Assembly: GCA_016220035.1 (NCBI GenBank)
Contig: JACRIO010000284.1
Span: forward strand, 31,423-95,422
From: Planctomycetota bacterium
GTDB taxonomy: Bacteria; Planctomycetota; UBA1135; GCA-002686595
Length of the DNA stretch: 64,000 bases
Direction: 5' to 3'
Shown here: positions 18,408-27,996 of the stretch, piece by piece
Layout of the letters: each line of letters begins with the position of its first letter
Position numbering within the stretch: position 1 is the first letter of the stretch
The notes under the pieces: generated by a model
What the model saw: only the letters and a program-made list of their open reading frames with translations
Told to the model about the DNA's origin: nothing
The model's database searches: none
Made by a program: the position numbers and the translations under genes

Positions 18408-18923
18408 ATGCACTGGATCTGGATCACCCTCGTCGCCCTCGCGTTGCTCGTGCTCATCGTCTACCTCATCGGCCTCCGTGTGCCGCGCGCGCACTCGGCG
18501 ACCCGCTCGATCGTCGTCCAGCGCTCGCCCGACGAGATCTGGGGCGTGATCAGCGACTTCGCGAACTACCCGAAGTGGCGCCGCGCGATGAAGGGCATCG
18601 AACGGATGGCCGATCGCGAGGGCAAGCCGGTGTGGGCCGAGACCTCGAGCTTCGGGAAGATCCCGTACGTCGTCGATCTCTCGCGCGCGCCGAACGAGCT
18701 CGTCACCGTCATCGCGAGCGAGAAATTGCCTTTCGCCGGCCGCTGGACGTACTCGATCACGCCGGTCGAAGGCGGGACGCGCGTCGCCATCACGGAGGAC
18801 GGCGAGATCAAGCCGCCGATCTTCCGCGCGCTCGCGCGCTTCGTGTTCGGGTACACGGGCACGATGGACGTCGTGCTGAAGGACCTCGCGAAGCACTTCG
18901 GCGAGGACGCGCGGCCGGCGTGA
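18408..18923 (+). CDS. SRPBCC (START/polyketide cyclase-like) family protein with N-terminal TM helix
   Basis: ATG at 18408: MHWIWITLVALALLVLIVYLIG, then ...IVVQRSPDEIWGVISDFANYPKWRRAMK...GRWTYSITPVEGGTRV..., typical of SRPBCC ligand-binding domains. Confidence 0.7.
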   Translation: MHWIWITLVALALLVLIVYLIGLRVPRAHSATRSIVVQRSPDEIWGVISDFANYPKWRRAMKGIERMADREGKPVWAETSSFGKIPYVVDLSRAPNELVTVIASEKLPFAGRWTYSITPVEGGTRVAITEDGEIKPPIFRALARFVFGYTGTMDVVLKDLAKHFGEDARPA

Positions 18924-18935
18924 TCCGGGAATGGA

Positions 18936-19277
18936 TCAGCTCGACTGCACCGCGCGTTCGAGAGCCTTGCGCCGCAGCGCGCGGGACGACGCCAGCAGCA
19001 CGACGGCACCGACGAACGCGGCCATCGACCAGGAGAGGAAGTCGAAGTCGTACGACGAGCTGTGGACCACGCACTTCCCTTCACCGTCGAGCCCGTCCGA
19101 GGAGGTGCGCTCGTGGCGGAACAGCGGCGAGGAGTCCACGCCGACGGTCCATCGTTCCGATCGTCGCGCCGGATCACCTTGGACGACGTAGGACGGACAG
19201 ACCCCGATCACGAGCAGCACGATGCCGGCGATGCGCAGGAGGCGCGCGATCCAGGCGGAGGGGGTGAAAAGGCTCAT
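18936..19277 (-). CDS. small membrane protein, hypothetical
   Basis: ATG at 19277 overlaps the stop of the upstream hydrolase gene (ATGA). Two hydrophobic helices (IARLLRIAGIVLLVIGV, SWSMAAFVGAVVLLA). Confidence 0.5.
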   Translation of the reverse strand: MSLFTPSAWIARLLRIAGIVLLVIGVCPSYVVQGDPARRSERWTVGVDSSPLFRHERTSSDGLDGEGKCVVHSSSYDFDFLSWSMAAFVGAVVLLASSRALRRKALERAVQSS

Positions 19278-20017
19278 CGGGAGAAGCACTGATGGAAGAA
19301 GTCGATCGCCTCGGCCCACGTCGCGTCGGCGGCAGCCGGGTCGTAGCGCGCGCCCTCGTCGCGCATGAAGGCGTGCTCGGCGGCGTGGTGGCGAACGCAT
19401 GCGCGCTTGCCGAGCCGTACGAGCCCGCGCTGGATCACATCGCGCCCTTCGAGCGGCACGTGCGGGTCGCGCTCGCCGAACACGACGAGGACGTCGCCGC
19501 GGAGCGTGTGGAGCTCGGCGAGCGTGCCCGCATCGGCGTCGGCGCCGAGCTTGCCGTCGTGCACGCCCGTCGGATAGCACGCGACTGTCGCGCGCACGCG
19601 CGCATCGAGCGCGGCGCGCAACGCGAGGTGGCCGCCGATGCAGAACCCCATCGCTCCAAGCGCTCCTGGAACGACGCGCGCATCGCGCTCCAGGAAGTCG
19701 AGCATGGCTTCGCGGTCGCGATCGTGCTCCGCGACCGTCGTGCGCCGCGCGTCGGCGAGCCCGCGCTCGCGGCCCGCGTCGTCGTACTCGATCACGGTCC
19801 CCGGCGGCTCGACGCGGTGGAAGATCTCCGGCGCCGCGACGACGAAGCCGTGACCGGCGAGACGCTCCATCGAGCGGCGGATCGGCGCGGTGAGCTGGAA
19901 GATCTCGGAGTAGAGGAGGATCCCAGGGAACCGGTTCGCGCTCGTCGGCTCCGCGACACGCACGCGCATGGGCCGCCCGTCGACCTGGAGCTCGAGCTCG
20001 CGCGTGGTGATCTGCAT
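19274..20017 (-). CDS. dienelactone hydrolase family protein
   Basis: ATG at 20017. ...FPGILLYSEIFQLTAPIRRSMERLAGHGFVVAAPEIFHR... and nucleophile elbow GAMGFCIGGHLAL. C-terminal ...AEHAFMRDEG... Confidence 0.8.
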   Translation of the reverse strand: MQITTRELELQVDGRPMRVRVAEPTSANRFPGILLYSEIFQLTAPIRRSMERLAGHGFVVAAPEIFHRVEPPGTVIEYDDAGRERGLADARRTTVAEHDRDREAMLDFLERDARVVPGALGAMGFCIGGHLALRAALDARVRATVACYPTGVHDGKLGADADAGTLAELHTLRGDVLVVFGERDPHVPLEGRDVIQRGLVRLGKRACVRHHAAEHAFMRDEGARYDPAAADATWAEAIDFFHQCFSR

Positions 20018-20049
20018 GCAAGGGGCTCGGAAGTCGGCGCGGAGCGCGT

Positions 20050-20979
20050 TCAATCCCGCCGCACCGCCGCCAGGATGCACCGCGTCGCGTGGCTCTTGTT
20101 CAGCGTGTAGAAGTGCAATCCCGGCGCGCCGCCTTCGAGGAGCTTCCTGCACTGGCGGATCGCATGCTCGATGCCCGTGGCCATCACGAGCGCGGGGTCG
20201 TCCTGAACGCGACGCAGGCGCTCGAGGAGCTCGCGCGGGATCGACGCGCCGCACATCTGCGTGAAGCGCTCGCACTGCGCGACGTTCGTGATCGGCATGA
20301 TGCCGGGCAGGATCGGGACCTGGATCCCAGCGCGGCGCGCGGCGTCGACGAAGGCCCAGTAGTGCTCGTTGTCGAAGAAGAGCTGCGAGATGAGGAACTG
20401 CGCGCCCTGCTCGACCTTGTGGCGCGTCCAGTGCAGGTCCTCGACGGCGTTCTTCGACTCGAGGTGCTTCTCGGGGTAGCACGCGCCGCCGATGTCGACG
20501 TCGGCGCGGCTCTTCAAGTACCCGATGAGCTCGCTCGCGTGCGCGAAGCCGCCGGGGACGGCCTGGAACGCGCCGCTCGGGTCCTTCGGCGGATCGCCGC
20601 GCAGCGCGAGGATGTTCTCGATGCCGCTCGCGCGCAGCCGATCGACCGTCGAAGCGATCTCCTTCTGCGTCGAGCCGACGCAGGTCAGGTGCGCCATCGT
20701 CGTGAGCCCGAGCTCGCTCTGGATGCGCGTCACGACCTCGATCGTCCGGTCGCGCGTGCCGCCGCCCGCGCCGTAGGTCACCGAGACGAAGTCCGGCGCC
20801 CACGCCGACTTCAAGTCCGCGACCGCCGCCATCAGATGGCGCGCGCCGTCGTCCGTCTTGGGCGGGAAGAACTCGAAGCTGAAGATCGGCCGATAGCGGC
20901 CGTGCATCTGACTGATTCGCACGCGCGGGGCTCCGTGAGGTGAGCCGGGGAGCATACGAGCCGCGTGCTCGACCCGCAC
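20050..20979 (-). CDS. metF: 5,10-methylenetetrahydrofolate reductase
   Basis: ...PIFSFEFFPPKTDDG...DFVSVTYGAGGGTRDRT...HLTCVG...LRGDPP... The start may be the internal ATG at 20907 (MHGRYRPIFSFEFFPP). Confidence 0.9.
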   Translation of the reverse strand: MRVEHAARMLPGSPHGAPRVRISQMHGRYRPIFSFEFFPPKTDDGARHLMAAVADLKSAWAPDFVSVTYGAGGGTRDRTIEVVTRIQSELGLTTMAHLTCVGSTQKEIASTVDRLRASGIENILALRGDPPKDPSGAFQAVPGGFAHASELIGYLKSRADVDIGGACYPEKHLESKNAVEDLHWTRHKVEQGAQFLISQLFFDNEHYWAFVDAARRAGIQVPILPGIMPITNVAQCERFTQMCGASIPRELLERLRRVQDDPALVMATGIEHAIRQCRKLLEGGAPGLHFYTLNKSHATRCILAAVRRD

Positions 20980-20989
20980 GCGCGGCGTG

Positions 20990-21493
20990 TCAACTCGCGG
21001 GGCCGCTCGTGCGATCCGCGAGCACGGGCAGGTACGCCTTCCACGGGCCGACGTCCCGCGCGTGGCGCTTCGCCATCACGCGCGCGATCTGTGCCACGTG
21101 GCCGAGGTCGTGCACGACCCACGTCGCGAGGAGCTGACGCAGCGTCACCGGGCCGAACACGGGGTGCCGGCCGCGCCGGTCGAGGTCCGCCGGCGTGATC
21201 CCGAGGCGGTCCAAGCGCGCGAGACTCGCCGCGCGCTCCTCGCGAAACGTCTCGAGGAGCTCCCCCACCTCGCCCGCGCATTGCGCCTCGCGCACGAACG
21301 GATCGAACGGAAGCCGCTCGCCGTGTTCGAGGAGGCGCTCGACGCGCGGCATCCAGTCCGTTCGTTCGCCGTGGATCAGGTGTTCGAGCACGACCCGCAC
21401 GCTCCAGGTGCCGGGACCTTCGGTGCAGTCGAACCACGCGGACGCCAGTCCGTCGAGCCACGGCGCGAGCAGCGCGGGCGTGCGCTCGAGCAA
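20990..21493 (-). CDS. DinB-family (DinB_2) metal-dependent protein
   Basis: Four-helix DinB pattern with His ligands: ...WSVRVVLEHLIHGERTDW... and ...LLATWVVHDLGHVAQI... Confidence 0.7.
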   Translation of the reverse strand: MLERTPALLAPWLDGLASAWFDCTEGPGTWSVRVVLEHLIHGERTDWMPRVERLLEHGERLPFDPFVREAQCAGEVGELLETFREERAASLARLDRLGITPADLDRRGRHPVFGPVTLRQLLATWVVHDLGHVAQIARVMAKRHARDVGPWKAYLPVLADRTSGPAS

Positions 21494-21542
21494 ACGGCGC
21501 GTTTCGTCGAAGTCGAAGGCCGGAGGAGCGCTCAGGGACGGC

Positions 21543-21959
21543 TCACGGCTTCTCGCGGATGGCCTCGAACCGCGCGCGCCACTTGTCGGGCATGGCCATG
21601 CTCTTCATGGTGTCGAGCTCGACGCACACGGTCGTCTGCCGCGCCTCGACGCACACGGCACCGTCGAGTTCGAACACATAGCGCAGCCCGAGCGAGCTCC
21701 GCCCGAGCTGGAAGCACGTCACGCGCACGATCGGCCGGTCGCCGAAGCGCAGCGGCCGTTGGAAGTCGACCTCACTGTGCGCGAGCGGGAACCCGATCTT
21801 CTGATCGCAGAGGATGCGGTAGTAGCGTTCGCCGACGTGCTGCTCCCACAGTTCCTCGAACACGTCGTGCAAGTAGTCGTAGATGCGCGGGAAGTACGCG
21901 ATGCCCGCGGGGTCGACGTGCCCGAAGCGAACTTGGATGAGGGTCGTGAAGGCGCTCAT
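21543..21959 (-). CDS. acyl-CoA thioesterase, 4HBT/YbgC-like hot-dog fold
   Basis: MSAFTTLIQVRFGHVDPAGIAYFPRIYDYLHDVFEELW... is the characteristic N-terminal 4HBT motif (V.....D..G.v.h..Y). Confidence 0.8.
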   Translation of the reverse strand: MSAFTTLIQVRFGHVDPAGIAYFPRIYDYLHDVFEELWEQHVGERYYRILCDQKIGFPLAHSEVDFQRPLRFGDRPIVRVTCFQLGRSSLGLRYVFELDGAVCVEARQTTVCVELDTMKSMAMPDKWRARFEAIREKP

Positions 21960-22077
21960 GGGTGGCGGAGCACGATAGAGTTCGCGGCCCGCAGTCCGCC
22001 ATGGGGCCGCCCCGCGAAAGCGCTCGTCGAGCGGCCGCGGAGTCCCCGCCCTCCGACGACGGAGGCGGTGGCCACGG

Positions 22078-22857
22078 TCAGCCCCCGAAGAGGTCCGGCC
22101 AGGTCTCGCGCGCGAGATCGACGACGATCCCGGCCAGGCTGTCGACGAGCTCCCGCCCCTCCTCGGCGCTCGCGGCGCGTGGGTCGCCGCAGTAGGCCTC
22201 GCCGGCGCCGGCCTCGACGAACGTCGTCACGCCCGACTTCATCTTGGAGATCAGGTCGATGCGCACCGGAGCAAGGGACGGGAGCAACGGCCGCCGAACC
22301 GTGTCCGGCGCCGCGTGGAGCACGATGCTCGTCTCGTAGCGCCCCGCGTGGCAGTCCCCGCTGACGAACTCCTCCCCCAGGCGCTCGGCGAAGCGCCGCC
22401 GCGTGACGTCGGCGAACACGGCCTGCGCGCGCTGCTCCGTCCGCTCGGCGTGGTCGAGCACGACGCCGCGCAGGACCTGGACGTGCGCGGGCTCGAGGTG
22501 CCCATTGACGAGCACGATTTGGCGCACGCCTTCCTGCTCGAGCGCGTTGATCACATCCTCGACGAGCGCCCAGAGCGTGCCCGGACGCAGCGTGATCCGG
22601 CCCGCGAAGCCCTGCGTGTAGTTCGTGACCCCGTACGCGATCGGCGGGAGCACGACGGCGCGCGTTCCAAGCTCCTCGAGCTTCTGCGCGGCGCGGTTCG
22701 ACTGCGCGAGCGCGATGGTCACGTCGGTGTCGAGCGGCAGATGCGGACCATGGGGCTCGGTGCTCCCGATCGGAAGGAGCGCGATCGTGCGCGGGGCGAG
22801 CAGAGACTTGGCCTCGGGGGTGGTGCGGAGAGCGAGGTCGTGCATGCGGCGCGGCAT
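22078..22857 (-). CDS. creatininase-family amidohydrolase
   Basis: ...IALLPIGSTEPHGPHLPLDTDVTIA...VNGHLEP...DCHAGRYETS... are the family metal-binding motifs. Confidence 0.8.
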   Translation of the reverse strand: MPRRMHDLALRTTPEAKSLLAPRTIALLPIGSTEPHGPHLPLDTDVTIALAQSNRAAQKLEELGTRAVVLPPIAYGVTNYTQGFAGRITLRPGTLWALVEDVINALEQEGVRQIVLVNGHLEPAHVQVLRGVVLDHAERTEQRAQAVFADVTRRRFAERLGEEFVSGDCHAGRYETSIVLHAAPDTVRRPLLPSLAPVRIDLISKMKSGVTTFVEAGAGEAYCGDPRAASAEEGRELVDSLAGIVVDLARETWPDLFGG

Positions 22858-23588
22858 TCTGGCCTAAGCCTACGGCGCGAAGAGGAACGGAGGTCGAAAC
22901 TCGCGCGGAGCAAGGTCCACGCTCCTCCCGACCTCGAACCCTTCTGGGAGCAGCGCGACGCCCAACACCAGCTCGCGTTTCCCAGGAGCTTGGATTCCCA
23001 AAACGCGGAAGAAGAAATTCCGGCCCGCTTGCGACAGGTCGGCAAGTCGCTAGGCCACGCCTACATCCACGATGGCGCATTCAGCGCAAGGGAAGCTGCA
23101 TTGGATTTGTGGCGCGCGACGGCACGGGATGACTGCGACGACATGGCGCGCGGTCGCGGGATCGTCGGCTCGCCCGCGACAGCGACCCGCGACAGCGTGA
23201 TTGCGAACTCGATGTGATCGCACGAGCGCCTTGCGCGCCATGCCAAATCGCATCTGAGCCGCTGCGTGCGTACCGCGCCGAGAGTCGTGCGTGTACCGCG
23301 CTTCTACCGCTCCCGGGTGCTTGTCGCGCACGAAGCACCTCCCTAGAGTCCGGCGCAGGACGCCGTGCTTCGCGCGGCGTGGTCACAACAAGAGTGAACT
23401 GGACTCGAATCGCGGTGGGGAGACCGCAGGACCAGGGAACGAGGAGGAGACGGAGCGTTACGCTCGGACTGCTCGACGCAGGGCACCGGTCACGGTGATC
23501 TGCGCGGTCCGCGGCGCGCGCGATCGACCCTCGCCCCACGACGATCCTGCGCAAGCTCTCGACGCGCAGCGAGAGGAGCAACCGGGAT

Positions 23589-25130
23589 ATGCATGCATCA
23601 TCGTTGAGCCGAGGATCCGTCCTCGCGTGTCTGATCTCCATCCTGGGGTTGTCGACGGCGAGTTCGGCAGCTCCGCAGGTGATCCCCATTCCGGGAGGAA
23701 CGGTCACCAAGGCGCCTGGCCCGCTCGGTGCGCGGGGGTCCATGTCGTCGCTGGTCGTTGGCGGCGGCAACGACTGCGCGACCCCAGATGCCCTGCCTGC
23801 CCTCGACGTCAATGGTGAGTTGTTCGTGGCGTTCGACACCGCCGCTGCAACCCAGCAGGCGACCCAGGGACAAAACTCGGGCTGCGGCGCCATCGGACGA
23901 GACGTCTGGTTCGCGTGGACTGCCCCCGCGCGGGCCGGCATCGCGACCATCGACGCCTGCGCGACCACGACGCCGACGGCCCTCGACACGGTCATCGCGG
24001 TCTACGCGGGGACCGCTTGCCCCCTAGCCACGGCAGCGATCACCTGCAACGACAACACCTGTGGAAGCAGATCGAGGGTGAGCTTCGGCTTCACGGCGGG
24101 GCAGCAGTTCTTGATCCAGCTCGGTCAGCCGGGAAATACCCCCACCGGCGGCCAGGGAACACTCCACCTGACCATCTGCCAGCGCAATCGAGCGGGTTGC
24201 GGAAGCCTCCTCGTCTACCCGGAGTGGAACAACAGCCCGGGTGAGAAGACGCTCTATACGATCACCCACGCCGTAGCTGATACGACCGTTCACATGCAAA
24301 ATGTGATCGTCGAGGTGGTCTACGTTCGAAAGTCGACCTGCGGGGAGAACAACTTCACACTCACGCTGACCCCCTACGACACGATATCCCACATCACGAA
24401 CCTGCAGAACCCGAACGTCGACACCGGGTTCATCTATGCGTTTGCGAAGAACTGCACGATCGCTGCCCTGGACAACACCTGTCCGATCGTGTTCAACAGC
24501 CTGATCGGCATGGAGACCTTGATCGATGGAATCCAGACCTTCGATTACTCGATCAACGCCATCTCCTTCCGTGGACTTGGCGCCGAGCTCTCCCTCAACG
24601 ACGACGGCATTCGGCCCGGCATCCGCGAACTGGACGACTCCAAGGAGTACGAGGGTGCGCCCAACCAGATCTTGATCCCGCGCTTCCTGGGTCAGGACGA
24701 CGCCCCGCCCGCCGCGGCAACCAACAATATCAACAGCGACATCATCCTTCTGTCGCTCTCCACTCCCGGCCCCATCACGCTCGCGATCAGCGTGAATTCG
24801 ACCAATGGCACGAGCTTCGTCTGCCAGTCGGATTCGAAGACATTCTCCTGCTGGGACAAGCGCCCCCTCAGAGATCTGTCGGCCTTCACGCTCAACAGCA
24901 GTTTGGTTGGCTTCACCAACAACGACTTGAAGGGATTCCCCCCGACGGTTCCCCCGCCCCCGACTCCCACGATCCGCACCGGCTGGATCTCGCTCGACGC
25001 GACGACCCCGGACGTGGCGTTCTATGCCGTCCTCGTCGAAAAGGCGGGCGCGGGAACCCCACAGGCCGCAGCTGACCTTCCTTTCGAGCAATGTTCGCAG
25101 GGTGACGGCCGCTTGCGGCCCATCCAGTGA
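23589..25130 (+). CDS. secreted protein, unrecognised family: Cys-rich N-terminal domain plus ~320-aa domain shared with the next gene
   Basis: Signal peptide MHASSLSRGSVLACLISILGLSTASSAAP. N-domain ...GGGNDCATPDAL...DVWFAWTAP...DTVIAVYAGTAC...CNDNTCG.... The C-terminal part is alignable to 25177..26247. GAGAGGA lies upstream of the ATG. Visibly more A/T-ending codons than the flanking genome. Confidence 0.7.
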   Translation: MHASSLSRGSVLACLISILGLSTASSAAPQVIPIPGGTVTKAPGPLGARGSMSSLVVGGGNDCATPDALPALDVNGELFVAFDTAAATQQATQGQNSGCGAIGRDVWFAWTAPARAGIATIDACATTTPTALDTVIAVYAGTACPLATAAITCNDNTCGSRSRVSFGFTAGQQFLIQLGQPGNTPTGGQGTLHLTICQRNRAGCGSLLVYPEWNNSPGEKTLYTITHAVADTTVHMQNVIVEVVYVRKSTCGENNFTLTLTPYDTISHITNLQNPNVDTGFIYAFAKNCTIAALDNTCPIVFNSLIGMETLIDGIQTFDYSINAISFRGLGAELSLNDDGIRPGIRELDDSKEYEGAPNQILIPRFLGQDDAPPAAATNNINSDIILLSLSTPGPITLAISVNSTNGTSFVCQSDSKTFSCWDKRPLRDLSAFTLNSSLVGFTNNDLKGFPPTVPPPPTPTIRTGWISLDATTPDVAFYAVLVEKAGAGTPQAAADLPFEQCSQGDGRLRPIQ

Positions 25131-25176
25131 GGTCCTTCCCTCGACTCCCATCGCCAAGACACACCCTCGAAACACC

Positions 25177-26247
25177 ATGAAGAACCTCATGAACCAACTG
25201 CAGCTCGGCGCGCTTCCCCTCGTCTTCGCCGCGGCGCTCACGGCGCCCGCGATCGCAGATGGACGAAACCCCTCGAGCCTGTTGCTCTTCCCCCAGTTCC
25301 GACATTCAGCGGCTACGAGTTCGACGACGCTGCCGCCGATCAACACCGTCATCACCATCACGAATACGCATCCGACGCAGTCCGCGTTCGTGCACATCGT
25401 GATGATCAATGCCGTCACGTGCAACCACGCGGATTGGCCCACCCAGACCATTCCGCAGTGTGGCAGCTACTCCATCCTGAGCAGCCAGCTCTTTCCACCC
25501 ATCACTACGGGCGAGGAAGGCTACCTGTACGCCTACGCCGTCCAAAGCGCGAACCCCGGCGTTCCTGCGGTCTCGTTCAACTTCCTGATCGGGGACTGCA
25601 TGGTCGTGGACGGTATCAACGCCCCGTCGGCCGGGATCATCACGAACTACTCGATCGACCCGGTGGGCTTCGCCGCCGTGAATCCCGTGCTGAATGCGCC
25701 GCTCGGTTTCTCACCGCCGGCCTTTCCGCAACTGGATGGGATCGTGTACTCGAAAGCGCCGGCGCGGATCCTGATCCCTCGCTTCATGGGGCAAGACACG
25801 GCACCCGACCCCATCGTCAACAGCAGCGACCTCGTTCTGTTGAGCTTGGCGGGGACGACGACGACCACGTCAACGCCCTCCAACATCCAGACGCTCGTCG
25901 ACCTGCTCGTCTTCAATGACAACGAGGAGGCCTTCTCTGCTCAGTACCAATTCCGCTGCTGGAAGCGCGATTCCCTGCTGAACATCAACGGGATCTTCGC
26001 GGAGCGATTCCTGAGGGACTTCACCAACGACAACCCGAACGAGATCCGGCTCACGACCGCGGGGACCACGAAGGAAGCCGGCTGGATGTTCCTCGAAGGC
26101 AACAACGCATTCTCGACCAGCGAGAACATCTCCAGCCCCGCCATCATGGCGTTCCTGATCGAGAACACGACCTCTGGTGGAGTCACCAAGACGGGTGCCG
26201 AGCTCCCGTTCTTCATCGGCGAGCGCACCGGGCGAATCGCCCCCTGA
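25177..26247 (+). CDS. secreted protein, paralog of the C-terminal domain of 23589..25130
   Basis: ATG at 25177 (MKNLMNQLQLGALPLVFAAALTAPAIA). Shared blocks with the upstream gene: SLLLFPQF/SLLVYPEW, GYLYAYA/GFIYAFA, FNFLIGDCMVVDGI/FNSLIGMETLIDGI, ILIPRFMGQDTAP/ILIPRFLGQDDAP, SDLVLLSL/SDIILLSL, FRCWKRD/FSCWDKR, AGWMFLE/TGWISLD, AELPF/ADLPF. Confidence 0.7.
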   Translation: MKNLMNQLQLGALPLVFAAALTAPAIADGRNPSSLLLFPQFRHSAATSSTTLPPINTVITITNTHPTQSAFVHIVMINAVTCNHADWPTQTIPQCGSYSILSSQLFPPITTGEEGYLYAYAVQSANPGVPAVSFNFLIGDCMVVDGINAPSAGIITNYSIDPVGFAAVNPVLNAPLGFSPPAFPQLDGIVYSKAPARILIPRFMGQDTAPDPIVNSSDLVLLSLAGTTTTTSTPSNIQTLVDLLVFNDNEEAFSAQYQFRCWKRDSLLNINGIFAERFLRDFTNDNPNEIRLTTAGTTKEAGWMFLEGNNAFSTSENISSPAIMAFLIENTTSGGVTKTGAELPFFIGERTGRIAP

Positions 26248-26299
26248 CTTGCAACGCCGTGTCGGGCTCGCCCCGACCGGTGGGTACGGGAAACTGGCA

Positions 26300-26336
26300 G
26301 CAGCGAGGCGTCTCACGACGCCTCGCTGCGTTTCCT
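26300..26336 (+). terminator. intrinsic terminator-like hairpin between convergent genes
   Basis: Perfect 13-bp stem GCAGCGAGGCGTC (26300-26312) / GACGCCTCGCTGC (26317-26329), loop TCAC, followed by GTTTCCTCC. Sits between the stops at 26247 (+) and 26346 (-). Confidence 0.6.
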
Positions 26337-26345
26337 CCGCACGTG

Positions 26346-27941
26346 TCAGCGCGACCGCGCCGCGAGCTCGGCCTTGAGCACCTTGCGCGCGACCTTGCCG
26401 CGGTCGTTCTTCGGCAGGCTCTCGCGCCATTCGAACCAGCGCGGGTACTTGTAGGGCGCGAGGCGGGACTTCACATGCGCCTTGAGCGCACTGGCCGTCG
26501 ACTCGTCGCCCTTCCAGCCGTTCTGCAGCACGACCAGCGCGAGCGGCTTGACGAGCTGCTCCTCGTCCTCGTGCCCGAGCACGCACACCTCGGCGACCGC
26601 GGGGTGCGCCAGGAGCACGTTTTCGATCTCGAGCGGCGAGACCCAGATGCCGCTCACCTTGAGCAGGTCGTCGTCGCGGCCCTCGTAGGTGTAGTAGCCC
26701 TGCGCGTCGCGGCGGAACACGTCGGCGGTGGTGCACCACTCGCCCTGAAACGTCTCGCGCGACTTCGCTTTGTCGGCCCAGTAGCACAACGCCGTCGACC
26801 CGCCGCGGATGCGCAATCGGCCCGGCTCGCCGTCGGGCACGGACCGGCCCTCGGGGTCGACGATTTCGGCCTCGTAGCCGGGCACGATGCGGCCGAGGCT
26901 CCCGAGCTTCACGTCGCCGGGGTAGTTCGAAATGTAGATGTGAAACATCTCGGCCGAGCCGATGCCGTCGAGGATCTCGACGCCGGTGCGCGCCTTCCAC
27001 TCTTCGTAGAGCCGCGCGGGAAGCGCCTCGCCCGCCGACAGGCACAAGCGCAGACACGTGAGGTCCGCCTCCACGATGCGCGGCGAGCGCAGCATGTGGT
27101 TGATCATCGTCGGCACGCTCGTCAGGAACGTCGGCCGGAAGCGCGCGATTTGATCGAAGAGCTCGTCCGCGGTCGCGCGGCCCGGGAACAGCACGACGGA
27201 GGCGCCGACGCGGAACGGGAACATCAGATTCGTGCCCGTCGCGTAGCCGAAGAAGAGCTTGGGCACGGACAGGCACACGTCGCTCTCGCGGTACCCGGCG
27301 ACGCGCAGCGCGTACGTCTCCGTGCTGTAGGCGAAGTCCCCGTGGGTGTGGACGCACGCCTTGGGCAGACCCGTCGAACCGGAGGTGAAGAGCCAGCCCG
27401 CGAGGTCGTCGGGCCCCGTGGGTTCGAGCTCGGCGAGCGCGGACTCCGCCGACTCGGCGGAGAGCGCTTCCTCCCATCCGACGAAGCCGCCCGCGTCCGG
27501 TCCGACGACGAACGTCTGGATCGCGAGACGCGCCGCGCGAAGCGTCGGCGCGATCGCCGGCAGGACGTCCGTGTGCGTGATCACGACGCGCGCCTTCGTG
27601 TAGGCGAGGTACTCGGCGTATTGCTCGCCGTGGAGCAGCGGGTTCACCATCGCGAACACGCCGCCGGCGCGGAGCACGCCGAACCAGGCCTCCGCGAATT
27701 CGGGGAGGTCGGGAAGCACGATGAGCACGCGCTCCTCCGGCCGCACCCCCGCGCGCCGCAGCGCCGCGGCGACGAGCCGCGTGCGCGTGGAGAGCTCGGC
27801 ATAGGTCGATGCGCGCTCGCCGCACCGAATCGCCACCTTGGCCCCGCGACCCTCGCGCTGGTTGCGATCGAGGAAGTAGTCGCAGAGATTGAAGCGCTCG
27901 GGTAACGGCGCGACGGCGGAGTAGAGATCGGACGAGCTCAT
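26346..27941 (-). CDS. aryl-CoA ligase, benzoate/2-aminobenzoate-CoA ligase family (AMP-forming)
   Basis: N-terminus ...FNLCDYFLDRNQREGRGAKVAIRCGERASTYAEL...RPEERVLIVLPDLPEFAEAWFGVLRAGGV... resembles BadA/BclA-type ligases. AMP-binding motifs LFTSGSTGLPKACVH, YATGTN, GEWCTTADVF, and C-terminal ...LPKNDRGKVARKVL. Confidence 0.8.
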   Translation of the reverse strand: MSSSDLYSAVAPLPERFNLCDYFLDRNQREGRGAKVAIRCGERASTYAELSTRTRLVAAALRRAGVRPEERVLIVLPDLPEFAEAWFGVLRAGGVFAMVNPLLHGEQYAEYLAYTKARVVITHTDVLPAIAPTLRAARLAIQTFVVGPDAGGFVGWEEALSAESAESALAELEPTGPDDLAGWLFTSGSTGLPKACVHTHGDFAYSTETYALRVAGYRESDVCLSVPKLFFGYATGTNLMFPFRVGASVVLFPGRATADELFDQIARFRPTFLTSVPTMINHMLRSPRIVEADLTCLRLCLSAGEALPARLYEEWKARTGVEILDGIGSAEMFHIYISNYPGDVKLGSLGRIVPGYEAEIVDPEGRSVPDGEPGRLRIRGGSTALCYWADKAKSRETFQGEWCTTADVFRRDAQGYYTYEGRDDDLLKVSGIWVSPLEIENVLLAHPAVAEVCVLGHEDEEQLVKPLALVVLQNGWKGDESTASALKAHVKSRLAPYKYPRWFEWRESLPKNDRGKVARKVLKAELAARSR

Positions 27942-27996
27942 CGTGCTCGCCAGGATAGCAGCGACGCGCGTCGTCGCCGTGAGCGCGGCGCCGAGG

